Assembly (NCBI RefSeq): GCF_006345805.1
Contig: NC_043000.1
Coordinates: 8,060,001 to 8,124,000, forward strand
Source of the DNA: Octopus sinensis
Taxonomy: Eukaryota
Direction: 5' to 3'
DNA length: 64,000 bases
In this document: in pieces, positions 24,117 through 37,501 of the stretch
Layout of the letters: every line of letters starts with the position of its first letter
Numbering within the stretch: the first letter of the stretch is position 1
Position numbers and translations under genes: made by a program
The notes under the pieces: model-generated
Told to the model about the DNA's origin: nothing
The model's database searches: none
What the model saw: only the letters and a program-made list of their open reading frames with translations

Positions 24117-24869
24117 TGTATGTGCATGTGTATGTTTATGTGTGTCTGTGTGTGTGTGTTTGTGTATTTGTGTGTGTGTGTGTGATTCTGTGTGTGTGTT
24201 TATGTATATGTGTCTGTGTGTGTGTATGTGTGTGTGCATGTGTATGTGTGTAGCATAAAAATCTGCACAGTTACCATTACCAAATTTCACTCACAAATCA
24301 TTGGTTGACGTAAGGGTGCAGCATGAAACATTTGCCCCTCAGTACTACACAGCAGTATTGAAACCCTAATTTTTTTTTAACCCTAACCATAACATGTCTG
24401 TATATGTATATCATGCATTACAAAACAAAAAAAATATCCAAACATTAAAAAAAAAGTTCTGTTTTTCATAGGAGATCAAATATCAAAATTAATTATTATA
24501 GAACATAGTAAGTACAAGAAACCTTTGAGGAAAAAAACTGAAGCTTGCAATATGAGTGGGGAAGCTACAGTGGTGGCATAGAAGTTAGGGAGTACAAAAA
24601 GAAACATGGGATATATGAGCTGAACAGTTTCTAATAACAATCTCACGAGGGGGCCTTATCTCCTGGGTAGAGAACAGAGAACTTTTGCATCATAATATAT
24701 AGTTGATGACCTGCTTGTCTAAGATGTGATAGTAAGAGGTGTGTATTTTGTGTTTGTATAGGTGGATGGATGGATGGATGTTTCATATCTATTTGTTTTG
24801 CATGCATGTGTATTTTTGATAACATGTGTATATGTATCTGTGTCTATATGCATATGTTTATACCGTATG

Positions 24870-24946
<77 letters not shown>

Positions 24947-25140
24947 ATGTATGTATTTATATATGTGTGTACATTTGTACATACATACACACATGCACAC
25001 ACATTTACGTGGGTGGCTGTGGGTTCACATAAGTGCATGTATGAGAGGCAGACATCATGCCTGCATACATGCAGTTATATATATATAAACACACACACAT
25101 ATACATATACATACACACACATACATTTATGCATACATTT

Positions 25141-25620
25141 GTATCATCATCAACATCGTTTAACGTCTGTTTTCTGGGAAGCCAGAAGGCTGCACCTGGC
25201 CCCAATCTGATCTGGCAGTGTTTCTACAGTTGGATGCCCTTCCTAACGCCAATCACTCCATGACTGTAGTGGGTGCTTTTTACATGCCACTGGCACAGGG
25301 GCCAGAGGAGCTGGCATTGACCATGATCGGATGGTGCTTTTTTATGTGTCACTGGCACAGAAGCCAGTCAAGGCAGCACTGGCATTGACCACATTCAGAT
25401 GGTGCTTTTTACATGCTACCAGCATGGGGCTTGCAACTATAATTTCCATTTGATTTGATTTTGATATTGCTGTTGATGTTGATGTACTTGACTCAATAAA
25501 TCTCCTCAGGCACAGTATGCCATCCTACGATCCAAGGTACTTTTGAGTGGGCTGGTTATGCAACACTGGTGTAGGTTACAGCTGTGGACTCACTTTATTT
25601 TCCGGCTGTTCTCAGTCACA
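25141..25620 (-). mobile_element. 5'-truncated RTE 3' UTR (diverged subfamily)
   Basis: CATCATCAACATCGTTTAACGTC tail end, GATGCCCTTCCTAACGCCAA, repeated GGTGCTTTTTACATG units. Confidence 0.8.
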
Positions 25621-26007
25621 TATGGATATATATATATATATATATATAAATCTTCTTCCCTATTTCTGTGTGTGTATACACTTATGTATGTGAGTACATA
25701 CACTCATGCATATATCTGTGATCTGTCTGCATGTAAATGTATTTTCATGAGATGGTGTATGCAAACATATTTGTTTTGATATAAACATATGGGTATAATA
25801 GCTGGAGGTTTAGCTGTGTGGTTAAGAACATCTCTTTGAAATACACATGGTTCTGTGCTCAGTCTGTGCCCAGAACAAAACCTTATGTAAATTTATTCTT
25901 CTGTAGCTTCCATTTAATATATTGTGAGTGAAATTCGATGGGATGATGTTCCGTGGAAGCCTGTCACATCCTCCTCCTCCTCCTCCTCCTCCTCCTCCTC
26001 CTCCTCC

Positions 26008-26039
<32 letters not shown>

Positions 26040-26044
26040 TCAGC

Positions 26045-26480
26045 TGGTGGTGAACTGTCTGCACATATAGGTCTGTGGTGACTCCCTATGGTCTGCCTAG
26101 CAGATTCTGTTCCCCTCTGCAATCAGTCCTGCAAGTACTGTTGGTGCAGGTGGCAATCTTGATGTGCCATTGTAACCCTTGGTCGGTCACTGCATGGGCG
26201 ATCATCTGTGCTGTTTATGGCACCGTTTTGTTCCCTCTGCTGCTCAATTGTCTGAGTACTGCAGTCCAAGTCATTAGCAATGACCCATGGGTGTCAACCA
26301 GCATGGAGACTTCCAATGGCTTGCGCCCTCTGATTTCATGTCAGTGTTGGCATGCTTGCTGTGTCCGGGAAATGAATGACAAGCTGGTAAATTTGGATGC
26401 CTATTATACCCAATGAGTTAACATTTTGACCCTGCATCATGCTTTTCATAAAGATGAGTTCATAAGCATCACCATGTTCA
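26045..26480 (-). mobile_element. Tc1-type transposase N-terminal remnant
   Basis: From ATG at 26353: MPTLT*NQRAQAIGSLHAG*...DCSTQTI...DDRPCSDRPRVTMAHQD (HTH plus GRPR motif), with stops. Confidence 0.7.
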
Positions 26481-26839
26481 TGAAAAGTGAGTGAGTTCAA
26501 ACACTTCATGTAATCCTTGTGCTTTCAAAAGACGATGGTGTTATGGGTCAGTGATATCTTCCTGATGGCAAACTACCTAGAAATGTGATAAAATCCATAT
26601 ATTCTCAATATCGTGTGTGAAACAAATAATCTTTTAGAGTGCAACAACGTTTCTTTTGTGTTTCAGTCTATATATATATAACAGGCTTCTTCTAGTTTCC
26701 ATCAACCAAATCCACTCGCAAGACTTTGGTTGACCTGAGACCATAGTAAAAGACACTTGCCCAAGGTGCCATGCAGTGGGACTGAACCAGGAACCATGTG
26801 GTTGAGAAGCAAGCTCCTTACCACACAGTCATGCCTGTG

Positions 26840-26882
<43 letters not shown>

Positions 26883-27537
26883 ATATACATATATGCACAC
26901 ACAGATATATTCATTTATATTTGTACACTCAGTTACTCATTTATACATATATGTATACACACACACACAGATACAGATATAAACATATGTAAAAATATAG
27001 CAATATAAATATAAAGAATATAAATATAATATAAATATTTACATAAAGAAATTAGATAAATAAGTGCATCAAAATATTAGCAATGAAGGACTACAGAGAT
27101 AGAGAGTTCACGCATTAGACGATCAAATATTTCACTAATGGTTAGAACATAAAAGTTGCAAAACATTACATTAAGAATACATAACTAAGGATAATAAACA
27201 ATATAATGTTATGTGTTAATTGATGGACAGAGAAAAAGAAACGTAGCAGAAGCGGGTAACTTCACAACAAGTAGGCAGAGATATCTAAGGTGATGTGAAA
27301 GCATAAATTACTGCTTGCATTAAATAATATTCAAATGAAACAATTTCACAAAACTAAATTACAAATGATAGATTAAAATAAATGCTTAGAGGTAAGAGAT
27401 TAAGTAGTAAATATTCAAAGCATTTTTAGTTAATGGGTTTAAAAAGTGTTTCTAATGTATAAAAACGTGTTTCTAATATAGTGTAAGCATTTTGCCCTAA
27501 GTTCACTAAGATACTTTGAATATTTATTATTTTATAA

Positions 27538-27764
27538 GGTGGCGAGCTGGCAGAAATGTTAGCACACTGGGTGAAGTGAAATGTTTAGCGGTATTTTGTC
27601 TGTCTTTATGTTCTGAGTTCAAATTCCGCCAAGGTTGACTTTACCTTTTATCCTTTCGGGATCGATAAATTAAGTATCAGTTGCATACTGGGGTGGATCT
27701 AATTGACTGGCCTCTCACCCCGACCATCTAAAATTTCAGGCCTTGTGCCTAGAGTAGAAAAGAA
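27538..27764 (+). mobile_element. SINE family B (variant tail)
   Basis: GGCGAGCTGGCAGAA head and GTTGACTTTACCTTTTATCC core. Confidence 0.8.
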
Positions 27765-27971
27765 TCATCATCATCGTTTAAATGCTAGCATGGGTTGGAC
27801 GATTTGACTGAGGTCTGGCAAACTAGATGGCTGCACTGTGTGGTATCTTGGGCAAGTGTCTCCTACTATAGCCTTGGGTCAACCAAAGCCATGTGAATGT
27901 ATTTGGTAGACAGAAACTGAAAGAAGCCTGTTTTGTATACATATATATATATATATATATATATGTATAGG

Positions 27972-28265
27972 TGGAGGCACAATGGCCCAGTGCTTAGGCA
28001 GCGGACTCGTGTTTGTAGGATCGCGGGTTTCGATTCCCAAACCAGGCATTGTGAGTGTTTGTTGGGCGAAAACACCTAACAGCACCACAAGGCTCCGGCA
28101 AGGGATGGTGATCCTGCTGTACTCTTTCACCACTCTTTCTTCTGTTGGCCTGCTCGCTTAGCCAGCGGGATGGCATCATTTGAAAGCTAAAACAATGCAA
28201 ATGCATTGTGACCAGTGATGTGTAGCAACATCTGATAGTCTGGTCGGTCATGTGATCACGTGATA
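27972..28265 (+). mobile_element. tRNA-headed SINE family G
   Basis: TGGCCCAGTG (A box) and GGTTTCGATTCCC (B box); body unrelated to families A and B. Confidence 0.7.
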
Positions 28266-28486
28266 TATACACACACACACACATATATATATATATCATC
28301 ATCATCATCATCATCATTTAACGTCCGCTTTCCATGCTAGCATGGGTTGGACGTTTCAACTGGGGTCTGGGGAGCCCGAAGGCTGCACCAGGCCAGTCAG
28401 ATCTGGCAGTGTTTCTACAGCTGGATGCCCTTCCTAACGCCAACCACTCCGAGAGTGTAGTGGGTGATTTTATGTGCCACCGGCAC

Positions 28487-28522
<36 letters not shown>

Positions 28523-28769
28523 TTGTGTGTGTTTGAGGATGGCTTTGTCCTTCACCACTGCTTGACAACTGTTATTGGTGTGTGTATGTCCCTGTAACTT
28601 AGCAGTTTGGCGAAAGAGATCAATAGAATAAGTACAACACTTAAAAAATATAAGTACTGGAGTCAATTCATTTGATTAAAAACAAAAATTTTTTCAAAGC
28701 AATGCCTCAGCATGGCCATAGTCTAATGACTGAAAAAAGTAAAAAGATAAAAAGACAGAAAAAAAACAT

Positions 28770-29285
28770 AATGTGTGTATGTGTGTGCATGTACATGTTA
28801 ATGAATATATTTATATTTGCATACATATATATATACACACACACACACATACATACACACACACATACATACACATACACATACATACATACATGCATAC
28901 ATACATACATACATACATACACACATACACTCATACACACATAAATACATACACACACATATACATACATACATGCATACATACAAACATACATACATAC
29001 ATACATACATACATACATACATACATACGCACATACACTCATACACACATAAATACATACACACACACATACATACATACATGCATGCATGCATACATAC
29101 AAACATACATACATACCTACATACATACATACATACATACATACATACAAACATACATACATACATACATACATACATGCATGCATACATACATGCATAC
29201 ATACATACAAACATACATACATACATACATACATACATACATACAAACGTACATACATACATACATACATACATACATACATACA

Positions 29286-29315
<30 letters not shown>
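28770..29315. repeat. (CATA)n microsatellite with higher-order duplication
   Basis: CATA units; CACATACACTCATACACACATAAATACATAC occurs twice. Confidence 0.9.
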
Positions 29316-29317
<2 letters not shown>

Positions 29318-29334
29318 AAGGCTTATTTGTCCCT

Positions 29335-30218
29335 AAAAATTAGATCTAGGAAAAATTAGCAAAACAATAATCAACAGAAGAATACCTGTACTGAAAATGT
29401 GATACACATGATATTAATGGTCAAACACTTTAGAAGTAATTAATTGGTTTAAAGACTTAAATGATTAGGATGGCATTAAAATTATGCAAATAGATATTTC
29501 TAGTTATTACTCATCCCTTGTCTACTTAAAATAAAGTCTCATGTTTTGTTATGAAGAACTCCTGTTTATTGAGAAAAGATGTAGATAGAACATTAGCAAT
29601 TAGGAGAATAATTATTGAATCCGAAGGTAAATATTGGACTAAAAAGAACAGGCCTAACGACTTTGATGTAACCATGGGAACAAGTGACTCATTGCAAATT
29701 ACTCATCTCGTGGGTATTTATATTCTGTGTTGCATTAAAAGGGAGTTCCCTAAAATGGGGCAGGGCAGTGTATATTAGGATGATGCATTTTTTCCTTTGG
29801 TAAATATAGTAACATAAAGCTTAAGAGGAATAGGAAAAAAATTAACTGCACCAAATTCATAAACAATAAAACTGGTATTGAGAGATTATGTAAGAGAGAT
29901 ATTGTATGGTTTAATCTTGTTTCAAAATTAATGTAGCCTTGAATATCCCTGGAATTTTCTTCAAGGCTTTGGAAAAGTATTCCTCCCACATCAAGTAAAT
30001 TTCTTAAAAGTACACTGTAAAGTATGCATATTCTTGCATGCCTAATTTAGCTGATAATATTGCAAATATCAGCAAAAGGAAATTAAAAATATTAGTAATG
30101 GGAGTCTACTTTTAATTTTTCATGTAGTAAGTACAATTCTAAGTATATATAATATATCACTATCTGGCATAGCTAATACTATTACTTTGAGTCCAGCAAC
30201 AACAACAACAACAGCAAC

Positions 30219-30258
<40 letters not shown>

Positions 30259-30915
30259 GAGCAATATATAATGTTTCAGCAGATGATAAATCTGATATGT
30301 AACTGTAGGTATCAAAATAAATGCCGTTTAAATAACCAATGCTTTAGAATTAATTTAGGGTATAAATGTTCTGTTAAAACACTTGATAAATTTCAGTATT
30401 ACATTGGTTCCATGGCATCTAAATTCAAATTTAGATTACATAATCGTATTTATTCCTTTAATAACCATTTCATATTTTGGTACCAGGTCAGCAAATTTGA
30501 TGGGTGGAGAAGTTAATCCAGTGCTCAACTGGTACTTATTTTTCAATCCTGAAAGGATGGAAGGAATAGTTGACCTTGGTCGAATTTGAACTCAGAACAT
30601 AGAGTTAGATGAAATGCCACTAAGCATTTTGTCTGATGTGCTAATGATACTGCCAGCTCATCCCCTTATATATTCCTTTAATAATAAAAGGAAAACTTTG
30701 AACACTGCACTTACTAAATATATCTGGGATGTCAATGACAAGAATAATGTTTATTCAGTTTCATTATTATACATGCCACACTTCCATAAAAACTGGATGT
30801 GGAAACTGTTATTTTTACCTTCTGTGGAAGCAAGTATAGGTCGGGACTAATTGATAAGTGTAATGAATTATTGATTTGTTGTTCCCACAAAGCCAATAAA
30901 ACTTTCTTGAATATT
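29335..30915 (+). mobile_element. Decayed Penelope-like element (RT plus GIY-YIG), internally deleted
   Basis: VINWFK..IMQIDISSYYSS; FDVTMGTSDSLQITHLVGIYIL; DIVWFN; YSCMPNL; CNCRYQNKCRLNNQC...YYIGS...FKFRLHN; NTALTKYIWD; DKCNELLICCSHK; interrupted by (ATA)n and a SINE B (30485-30666). Confidence 0.85.
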
Positions 30916-30919
30916 CTCT

Positions 30920-31125
30920 CTAAGTATTTCGTTTTGGGATTTGGTTTGTAAGATTCTTTATATGAGTTCATGTGTTGAAGCATATTCTGTTGTATCTGGG
31001 GAGAGTCATTTTCTTTTTGTGCCTTATATTATAACACACTCACCGGTAAAATTTCCACTTATTTCTTATTTTCATTTTCCTAAAATTTTTGTTGCATCTT
31101 GCAACCTTTTCAATAGTCTTGACTC
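30920..31125 (-). mobile_element. Repeat family D
   Basis: Match to 1834-2035; hammerhead-like fold 31080-31116 carries GAAA to AAAA (CpG decay). Confidence 0.7.
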
Positions 31126-32488
31126 TCTCTAAGTAACTTCCCTAATTTTAATAGAATAACACTCTTAGTCTTTGTATTGTGCCAGATTTATCACAGATGA
31201 TTCTATATAAAATATTCTCAAGATTTTAATATTTCTTGCATAAAGGTTTTTCTATGTAGCCCGTTTTTTATTTTTTAACAAATGATTTTATTAAATTTCA
31301 ACTCTAATTGATGTAATAGTATTGAACTACAGCCAAGTGAAATTGTAGTCGTGGCTGTTGCCATTGTCATGTAAATGGTACCCATGTTGGTGACATGTAA
31401 AAAGCACCCAATTCACTCTCAGAGTGGTTGGCATTAGGAAGGGCATCCAGCTGTAGAAACTCTGCCAGATCAGACTGGAGTCTGGTGCAGCCCCCTGGCT
31501 TACCAGTTCCAGTCAAACTGTTTCACCCATGCCAGCTTGGAAAACCGACATTAAATGATGATGATGATGATGATGATGATGAATTCCTGTGACATTCTTA
31601 TAGTTCTATTTTGTAACTTTATTCTAATTACTTTTCCTCATTCCTTCAAATTTTATCTGTTTCTCAATTTACTCTTTATATTTTTGCCTTCCTCCAATTA
31701 TAAAGAAGTAAACTGTTCAAGAATATAGTAGTAAACTGTCACCTGTTTGAACATCTTTGTATATATTAGTCAGTTTATCTCTCCCTGGGTACAAAAGTAT
31801 ACAATAAATCTTTAAATTCTTAAATCTGTCAGATGCTCTGAAGACTTACAATAGATCTAACAAATGGACCTCAGAAGACATTGTTTTCATAGTCCATCTA
31901 CTTTGGTGCTTTTCTGATAGTGAAACAATCTACTGTTTAATTTGTTCCCATGATTTTCTAAGCCCCTCCCATTCTCATTATATTTATTTAACTAATTTGG
32001 CTAAGTAGATTTGTATTGCATTTGCACCAAGTTTTATGAGATGGTTGATGGAAAATTTCCTGTAATATTATATAGTTTTATACACACATTTTTTTATGTG
32101 TATAAACTAACATGTTAATTGATGTAACATTTCCACTAATTATCAAGACGATTGTAACTGATTAATAAATGTAATACTGTAATCTGTATTCCTTTGTTTG
32201 CCAATATTTAGACTCTGCATTGGAGGCAGCGATCTCATAATCAATACGTTTTCCTGAATTTACAGTTCACATGAAATATCTTTCTTTGGATTCAATGAAT
32301 ACTAATTCTAATTTTCTTTCCCTTATATTCTGTTAGCCTGGTTTTCACATGATTGCAGACTGAAGTACTTGCTTAACTTTCTTAAATTCCTACTTTGTTA
32401 TAGACATACATACATACATGCATATATATATATAAAGCGAGAGAGGGAGAGAGAGAGAGAGAGAAAGAGAAAGATATATAGAGAGATG

Positions 32489-32520
<32 letters not shown>

Positions 32521-32971
32521 TGTTTATGAGAAAGAAAATATATATGTGTTGAGTATTTATATGTATTCACACACACACAACACATTTATACACATACATA
32601 TGCATTTATATATATGAAAGTGCAAATGTGTATAAGTTATGTGTGTCTGCTTGCTTGTTTGTACATAAATCTTTAGTTAAATATATTCAATGAGAATATT
32701 ATATACTGAATATATATTGAGTGCTCTATTGTATTGAAGTATTAATACTATTAAAGTATTTATGTATTTAATATGAGCGATTATATATATTTTATATAAT
32801 ATATTATTATTAATATCAGGAAATCAATATCAGAAAATTCTCCAGAAAGATATATACGTGTGTAAAATAATTGTTGTATTAAAAATATAAATATATATGA
32901 ACATTTGTAAATATGTATAAGTATAAATATATAATAATGACATTTTAAAAGTTTCGAATTAAGTTTTTAAA

Positions 32972-33065
32972 GCATCTTACGAGCGTTTCACAGAAGTGCT
33001 GTCTCTATAATGGAATCCTATATTGATAAGCATTTTTAGACAACTCTTTTGCTCTTCAGAGATAT
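32972..33065 (-). ncRNA. Type I hammerhead ribozyme with intact core and extended stem II
   Basis: Minus strand: ATATCT CTGAAGA [GCAAAAGAGTTGTCT...AGACAGCACTTCTGT, 13 of 15 pairs, extendable] GAAA C-GCTC-G TA AGATGC. Confidence 0.8.
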
Positions 33066-33249
33066 AAAATGTGAAATTTGTATAATTGATTGAATGGTAG
33101 TATCTTAAAAATATGAAGTAATATAGGAAAATGGTGTTTGTTTGAAATATAAAATAAAATTTAAAATTACTGCTTTTGATTTTGGTAAGTACACTATAAA
33201 TAAATGCATGTAACAAAAAATAAAAGTACGCATATGCATATGTGTGTAA

Positions 33250-33310
<61 letters not shown>

Positions 33311-33784
33311 TGTGTGTATTGTGTGTGTGTGTGTGTGTGTATTGGTGTGTTTGTTTTGCTGTTGTTCTTTAGTCCCAAGTTGACACTGATCAGGTGGACC
33401 CATGATGAAAGACATTCAAAATTCCAGTGCAGAACATTCCTGCCTTTTCAGTAATAGTACTGTATCCCTACCAACATATTGTTAGAAGCATATAGGGCAT
33501 GGTTTGAGGGAGAATTGGGTGCTAATTCAAGCTAACTGTATGGCCACATGAAGGCTCTGTCATTAGTTAGTGTATATATCTGTTGTTTTTACATGTGGTT
33601 ACTAACACAATAAAGCCGTGACTAAAGGTTTCTTTCATATAGTTAGTTTTACCTGAATGGCTGCACTCATTAATGGATGAAAGGAACGCATATTGTAATC
33701 TATACATCTCTGATTGATTTTATTGAGCAATTTTATGTTATGTAGACACACATATATGCATGTGCAAATTTATGTGTGTGTGTG

Positions 33785-33814
<30 letters not shown>

Positions 33815-33815
<1 letters not shown>

Positions 33816-36800
33816 CATCATCATCATCATCATCATCGTTTAGCGTCCGTTTTCCATGCTAGCATGGGTTGGACGGTTCTACTGGGGTCTGTGAAGCCAG
33901 AAGGCTTCATCAGGCCCAGTCAAATCTGGCAGTGTTTCTACGGCTGGATGCCCTTCCTAACGCCAACCACTCCGTGAGTGTAGTGGGTGCTTTTTACGTG
34001 CCACCCGCACTGGTGCCAGACAGAGCTGGCAAACGGCCACGAACGGATGGTGCTTTTTATGTGCCACCGGCACGAGGGCCAGGCGAGGCTGGCAACGGAC
34101 ACGAAACGGGGCGGTGCTGGCGACGGTCGCGAAGCGGAAAGTTCTCTTACATGCCACCGGCACTGGTAACACATCTGCAATTTCCATTGATCGATTTCCA
34201 TTGATCGATTTCGATTCTGATCGTCACTTGCCTCAACGGGTCTTCACAAGCAGAGTTTTGACATGCCACCGGCACTGGTAGCACATCCGCAATTTCCATT
34301 GATCGATTTCGATTCTGATCCTCACTTGCCTCATCACGTCTTCACAAGTAGAGTTTTGTGTCCAAGAAGAAGGAAGGTATGCATACGTAGGCTGGCTCCA
34401 TCCCATGTAGAAGGCCACGGGTTATGGACTCACTTGTCCTGCTGGGTCTTCTCGCGCACAGCACACTTCCAGAGGTCTCGGTCTCTAGTCATTTCCTCAG
34501 TGAGACCTAAAGTTCGAAGGTCGTGCTTCACCACCTCGTCCCAGGTTTTCCTGGGTCTGCCTCTTCCACAGGTTCCCTCAACCGCTAGGGTGTGGCACTT
34601 TTTCACACAACTATCTTCATCCATTCTCGCCACATGACCATACCAGCGCAAACGTCTCTCTTGCACACCACAACTGATGCTTCTTAGGTCCAGCTTTTCT
34701 CTCAAGGTACTTACACTCTGCCGAGTGTGAGTACCGGCATTACACATCCATCGGAGCATACTGGCTTCATTTCTAGCGAGCTTACGCATATCCTCAGCAG
34801 TCACAGCCCATGTTTCACTGCCATGTAGCATGGCTGTTCGTACACACGCATCATACAGTCTGCCTTTCACTCTGTGCGAGAGGCCTTTTGTCACCAGCAG
34901 AGGTAAGAGCTCTCGAACTTTGCCCAAGCTATTCTTACTCTAGCAGTTACACTTTCAGCACACCCGCCCCCACTGCTGACTTGGTCACCTAGGTAACGGA
35001 AACTATCAACTATTTCTAGTTTTTCTCCCTGGAAAGTGACGGAAGTTGGTCTCAGAGCATTTTCAGTGTTATTGTTCCTGAGCATCTGCCACATACAAAA
35101 ACCATCTTCCTAGTTAGCCTTCCTTTGACATTGCTGCATCTCTTATGTGTCCATAGCTTACACTTGGTGCATCTTATAGAGTTTCTACCTACACCTTTTC
35201 TACAGATCGAGCAGGGCCATCTACCTGAAGGTGTTTGTGATTTGTCTACCTTCTACTGATTACGACTTTGGTTTTAGCTAGATTGACTCTGAGGCCCTTC
35301 GATTCTAATCCTTGTTTCCACACCTGAAACTTCTCCTCCAGTTCTGATAGCGACTCAGCAATTAGAGCAAGGTCATCAGCATAGAGGAGCTCCCAAGGGC
35401 ATCCTGTCTTGAATTCCTCCGTTATTGCTGGAGGACTATGATAAATAGGAGGGGGCTGAGGACTGAGCCTTGGTGGACCCCTACCTCTACCCGGAATTCT
35501 TCACTGTACACATTTCCAACCCTCACCCTACTAGCGGCGTCCCTGTACATGGCCCGCACAGCTCTCACTAACCATTCATCTATCCCTAGTTTCCTCATTG
35601 CCACCAGATAAGGGATCGGGGGACCCTGTCGAAGGCTTTCTCCATGTCAACAAAAGCCAGGTACAGGGGCTTATCTTTGGCTAGGTATTTCTCCTGCAGC
35701 TGCCTTACCAGGAATATAGCATCAGTAGTACTTTTCCCTGGCACGAACCCAACTGCATCTCATCTAAACTAACTCTCTCTCTAATTAGTTGGGCTATGAC
35801 CCTCTCCGTAACCTTCATCACCTGGTCCAACAGCTTGATACCTCTGTAGTTATTTGTATCTAGGGCATCACTTTACCTTTGTAGCAGTTGACTATTATAC
35901 TGCTACACCAGTCATTGGGTATGACCCCTTTGTGTATCACCTGATTAACTATACGGGTGACTAGGCTATAGCCGACACTACCAGACATTTTGAGCATCTC
36001 TGCAGTGATTCCTGATGGGCCTGGGGCTTTCCCTGTCTTCATGCTTCTAATTGCCTTAGCTACCACGGAACTATCAACTTGGATAGCTGGTCCCTCTGTT
36101 GGGTCAACATTCGGCAGACTCTCTTTATCCCATTCATTTTTTCATTCAGCAACCTTTCATAGTGGCATCTCCAAACCTCTCTCTTTGCATCCTCATTTAG
36201 CGCAAGTGAACCATCTTTCATGCGAACACACTTCTCTCCTACCACATCACGATTCTCTCTCACACACTGTCTTGCAACACGAAACACCTCCAGTCTTTGG
36301 TCCTCACGGCGCAGAACATTGGCAAATTTTTTCTTATCTGCTTCCCCTCTGGCTAAATAAACCTGTCTCCTAGCTTCTCTTTTGGCAGTCTGATACAATC
36401 CCCTGCTACCCCCATTTTTCCAGACCTTCCAAGCCTGTCTTTTCTCTAATAGCCCTGTCTACAATATTGTTCCACCACCACGTTATTCTAGGTCGAGAGG
36501 GGACTTTGCACCAGCCACAGATCTGGTCAGTGGCTCTCAGCAGGTTGTCCCTTAGAAACGTCCAGCTGTCTTCTACCCCCTGTGATGCTCTATCCCCTTC
36601 TACTTCGTCAGAGGCTTCAAGTAATATGTCCCTAAATCTCTGTCCATTTGCAGGATCTTTAAGCTTCCAGATCCTTCTTCTCCATATTTGTTCTTCTGGT
36701 TGTCCTCCTAGTCCTGATCCTAAAGTCACTAACTACCAGTCTATGTTGTGGGGTACATTCTTCACCTGGGAAGGTTTTGGCATTTATAAGCAGCCATCTC

Positions 36801-37466
36801 TCCCTTGCCTTGTAAGGATGTAGTCAATTTGGCTGGTATGTGGCCCGATTGGTAAGTGACTAGGTGGCTGGTAGGTTTCCTGAAGTTAGTGTTGCAAATC
36901 ATAAGATTATTTGCATCGCAGAACTCCAGCAGCCTGGTTCCCTCCTCGTTGCGGGAGCCATAGCCATAGCCTCCATGTACGCCATGGAAGCCCCCAGCAT
37001 GTCGTCCAACGTGACCATTGAAGTCACCAGCCACAAAGATAAGGTCTCTGTCGTTCGTCAACAAGGTAGTCTGCAGTAGAGTGTCATAGAATCGGTCTTT
37101 CTGTCCATCGGGTAGCCCCGACTGAGGAGCATAGGCTGATATAATGGTTGCTAAACTATGATGAAGCACTAATCTAATCTTAAGTATTCTGTCACATACT
37201 CTGATTACCTCAATTACTTTATCTACCCATTTCTCAGCGATAAGTATACCACGCCACCAACCCCGTCAGTGTTCCCTGCCCAGAAATCTTGTACCTGCGT
37301 TCCTTGCCTGTGAGGAACCTAGCTGCCTCCTCTCCACCTTATTTCTTGCATGCAACATATATCCACACATCTCTGTTCAAGCATCTCGACTATCTCACCA
37401 GACCTACCTTTCAGAGTGCCAACGTTGAGGGTGCCAACCCTGAGGGTGTGGGAGGCATGGGCTCTA
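33815..37466 (-). mobile_element. Near full-length RTE-clade LINE with about 600-bp 3' UTR and (GAT)n tail
   Basis: APE (LNVGTL, MQEIRW, SAYAPQ, AGDFNGHVG), RT (DMEKAFDRVP, GVHQGSVLSPLLF, LLYADDL, FRYLG), GRGRPRKTW; flanked by (TA)n on both sides. Confidence 0.97.
34430..37460 (-). pseudogene. RTE ORF2 (APE-RT with PHD-type insertion), split by several frameshifts
   Basis: ORF-track pieces 36762-37169, 36406-36729, 36060-36398, 35860-36066, 35422-35604, 34891-35094 and 34430-34927 tile one protein. Confidence 0.92.
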
Positions 37467-37470
37467 GATT

Positions 37471-37494
<24 letters not shown>

Positions 37495-37501
<7 letters not shown>

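Noticed and set aside
33891-33913. CTGATGA plus AGCC/GGCT stem on the minus strand of the RTE 3' UTR
   Set aside because: No GAAA follows, and most other copies read CTGGTGCA at this position, so it is incidental
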